The notes under the pieces were generated by a model. It worked only from the letters and a program-made list of their open reading frames with translations, was not told where the DNA came from and searched no databases. Of a DNA stretch of 64,000 nucleotides, positions 62,785 to 64,000 are shown in pieces (the first letter of the stretch is position 1; every line of letters starts with the position of its first letter). The stretch spans positions 8,017 to 72,016 of the forward strand of contig JAYZXX010000248.1 of NCBI GenBank assembly GCA_036140815.1. The letters run 5' to 3'. A program made the translations under genes and the position numbers. The DNA comes from Bdellovibrionota bacterium (GTDB taxonomy: Bacteria > Bdellovibrionota > Bdellovibrionia > Bdellovibrionales > UBA840).

Positions 62785-63258
62785 TTTTCCTCCTTGAAAA
62801 ATGTGTAAATAGCCTAAAATCCCCCCTTAGGCCAATTTGTTGAGCTTATAAATATTATTGCTTTCTAGGACGCTTGGGTCAAAGCTCCGCTTAAATATTA
62901 GGCTATGGTTAGTGAAATTAGACCTTAGTTAGACGGTCTTTATTCAAGTCTACACAGTCAAAAAAAAAGCAAAGGACCGACTCCTCTTTTTTGGTGCTTT
63001 TTATCAAAAAAGTGTTCAGAAAGTTCTTGTTAATAGCAAGATGATTCATAAAACTTCAGTTTTTCATATAAAACAGCTCTATATGAAATTTTATTATATG
63101 CCTATGTTATCCTAGGTACTTACGTTTTTTGCTAAGGACAGCCTCTTTCGTATAATTTGTTTACAGATTAAAAACTTTTTCAACTTGGCTAAATTTATCC
63201 TATAAACGAAAAGGCATTAAAGAATAAATGTTATACTCCAAAAACTTCAGGAGTTTTT

Positions 63259-63822
63259 ATGTTAAAATTATTAATCTTCTTTATCATGACATCTTCTCTT
63301 TCTGCCAATGCTAATTCTCTATTGGTGAAAGTAACAGCTGATAACTATAAAACCACTACCAAGTTAAAATCTTATGCGGAAGATGTTTTCCACTTTTCTA
63401 CACAAAGCTTCTCATTTAATAAAATTGTGATCACAACAACAAATATCGGTGATGACGGATCAGTGATTAATCAACACCAAGATGCGATTGAGCATCTACC
63501 CGATGACTTAGACCCTGCAATTCTAAGCTTCAACTTTGATACTAAACGGATCAGTTTTGGTGGCGATTACTACGAGACAGAGCCATTAGATGAAAATGGC
63601 TATTTTAGGGTTCTAACAGATTATTCTCCAAGGACATTGATTGATGACCTATCAGAATTACTCGATAAAAACAAAACAAGCGAATTTACGAAAGTCTGTT
63701 ACAGGGTCAATGTGCCACAAGTAGTTTGCAGATTTAACAAAGAACATTCTCTAGAATGTGAAATTAGAAACATTAGTGTCAGCTTTCTATATACCAACAA
63801 AAGCTGCCCAAAAAGTTTTTGA
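63259..63822 (+). CDS. Secreted hypothetical protein
   Basis: 187 aa. Signal peptide LIFFIMTSSLSANA. AGGAG RBS. Confidence 0.55.
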   Translation: MLKLLIFFIMTSSLSANANSLLVKVTADNYKTTTKLKSYAEDVFHFSTQSFSFNKIVITTTNIGDDGSVINQHQDAIEHLPDDLDPAILSFNFDTKRISFGGDYYETEPLDENGYFRVLTDYSPRTLIDDLSELLDKNKTSEFTKVCYRVNVPQVVCRFNKEHSLECEIRNISVSFLYTNKSCPKSF

Positions 63823-63874
63823 CTTAAAAGCTTAGCTCCAACAAAGTTTTTGGTGAGTAAGCCAAAGTATAGTT

Positions 63875-64000
63875 TTATAGAGTGGTCTCGCCAATTCCAC
63901 CGATCAAAACCTCTCTCGGTTTTGATCCATTCGCGGGACCCACTACTCCTTCGTTTTCAAAAATTTCAATCAAACGCGCAGCTCTTGGATAACCAATTCG
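63875..64000 (-). CDS. ftsK: DNA translocase FtsK, C-terminal (gamma domain) fragment; gene continues beyond the window
   Basis: The reverse strand translates to [41 protein letters not shown]. This matches the FtsK winged-helix gamma-domain signature (RIGYxRAARL...GSKPREVL). Confidence 0.85.
   Translation of the reverse strand, partial: RIGYPRAARLIEIFENEGVVGPANGSKPREVLIGGIGETTL

Overview
This is a low-GC, densely coding bacterial chromosomal segment with about 60 CDS and one tRNA. I infer a Bdellovibrionota/Bacteriovoracales-type predatory bacterium. The grounds are an HMfB/Bd0055-like histone-fold gene, PilZ-type genes, and many large exported orphan proteins and proteases. The backbone is housekeeping: cobB, tRNA-Ser(UGA), a TolC/adaptor/RND/TetR efflux operon, serS, murA-prmC-prfA, rpmE, rho, gatCAB, ligA, fsa, dapB-dapA-dapF and the 3' end of ftsK. 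I found no transposase, integrase, phage gene, CRISPR array or recognisable defence module. Accessory-looking blocks sit between the housekeeping genes. (1) 2.4-5.0 kb holds an orphan prepilin-like gene tightly coupled to a secreted protein built from exact 27-aa two-cysteine repeats. (2) 10.9-14.0 kb holds a divergent pair: a coiled-coil protein and a GNAT-like/PilZ-like fusion. (3) 24.5-25.5 kb is a ~970-bp ORF-poor gap with a 29-position long-range inverted repeat, followed by a chimeric 827-aa exported protein ending in a TAXI-like binding domain. (4) 30.2-37.2 kb is a block of a PilZ gene plus three large orphan exported proteins, including a metzincin with EF-hand-like repeats. (5) 49.4-49.6 kb is a monocistronic 64-aa histone-fold gene. 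Two housekeeping genes carry unusual low-complexity additions: Rho has a ~150-aa N-terminal extension with a poly-Asn/Arg tract, and PrmC has a ~165-aa acidic insertion. I could not demonstrate one clear multi-gene novel system. All functional calls come from motif recognition by eye, with no database search run.
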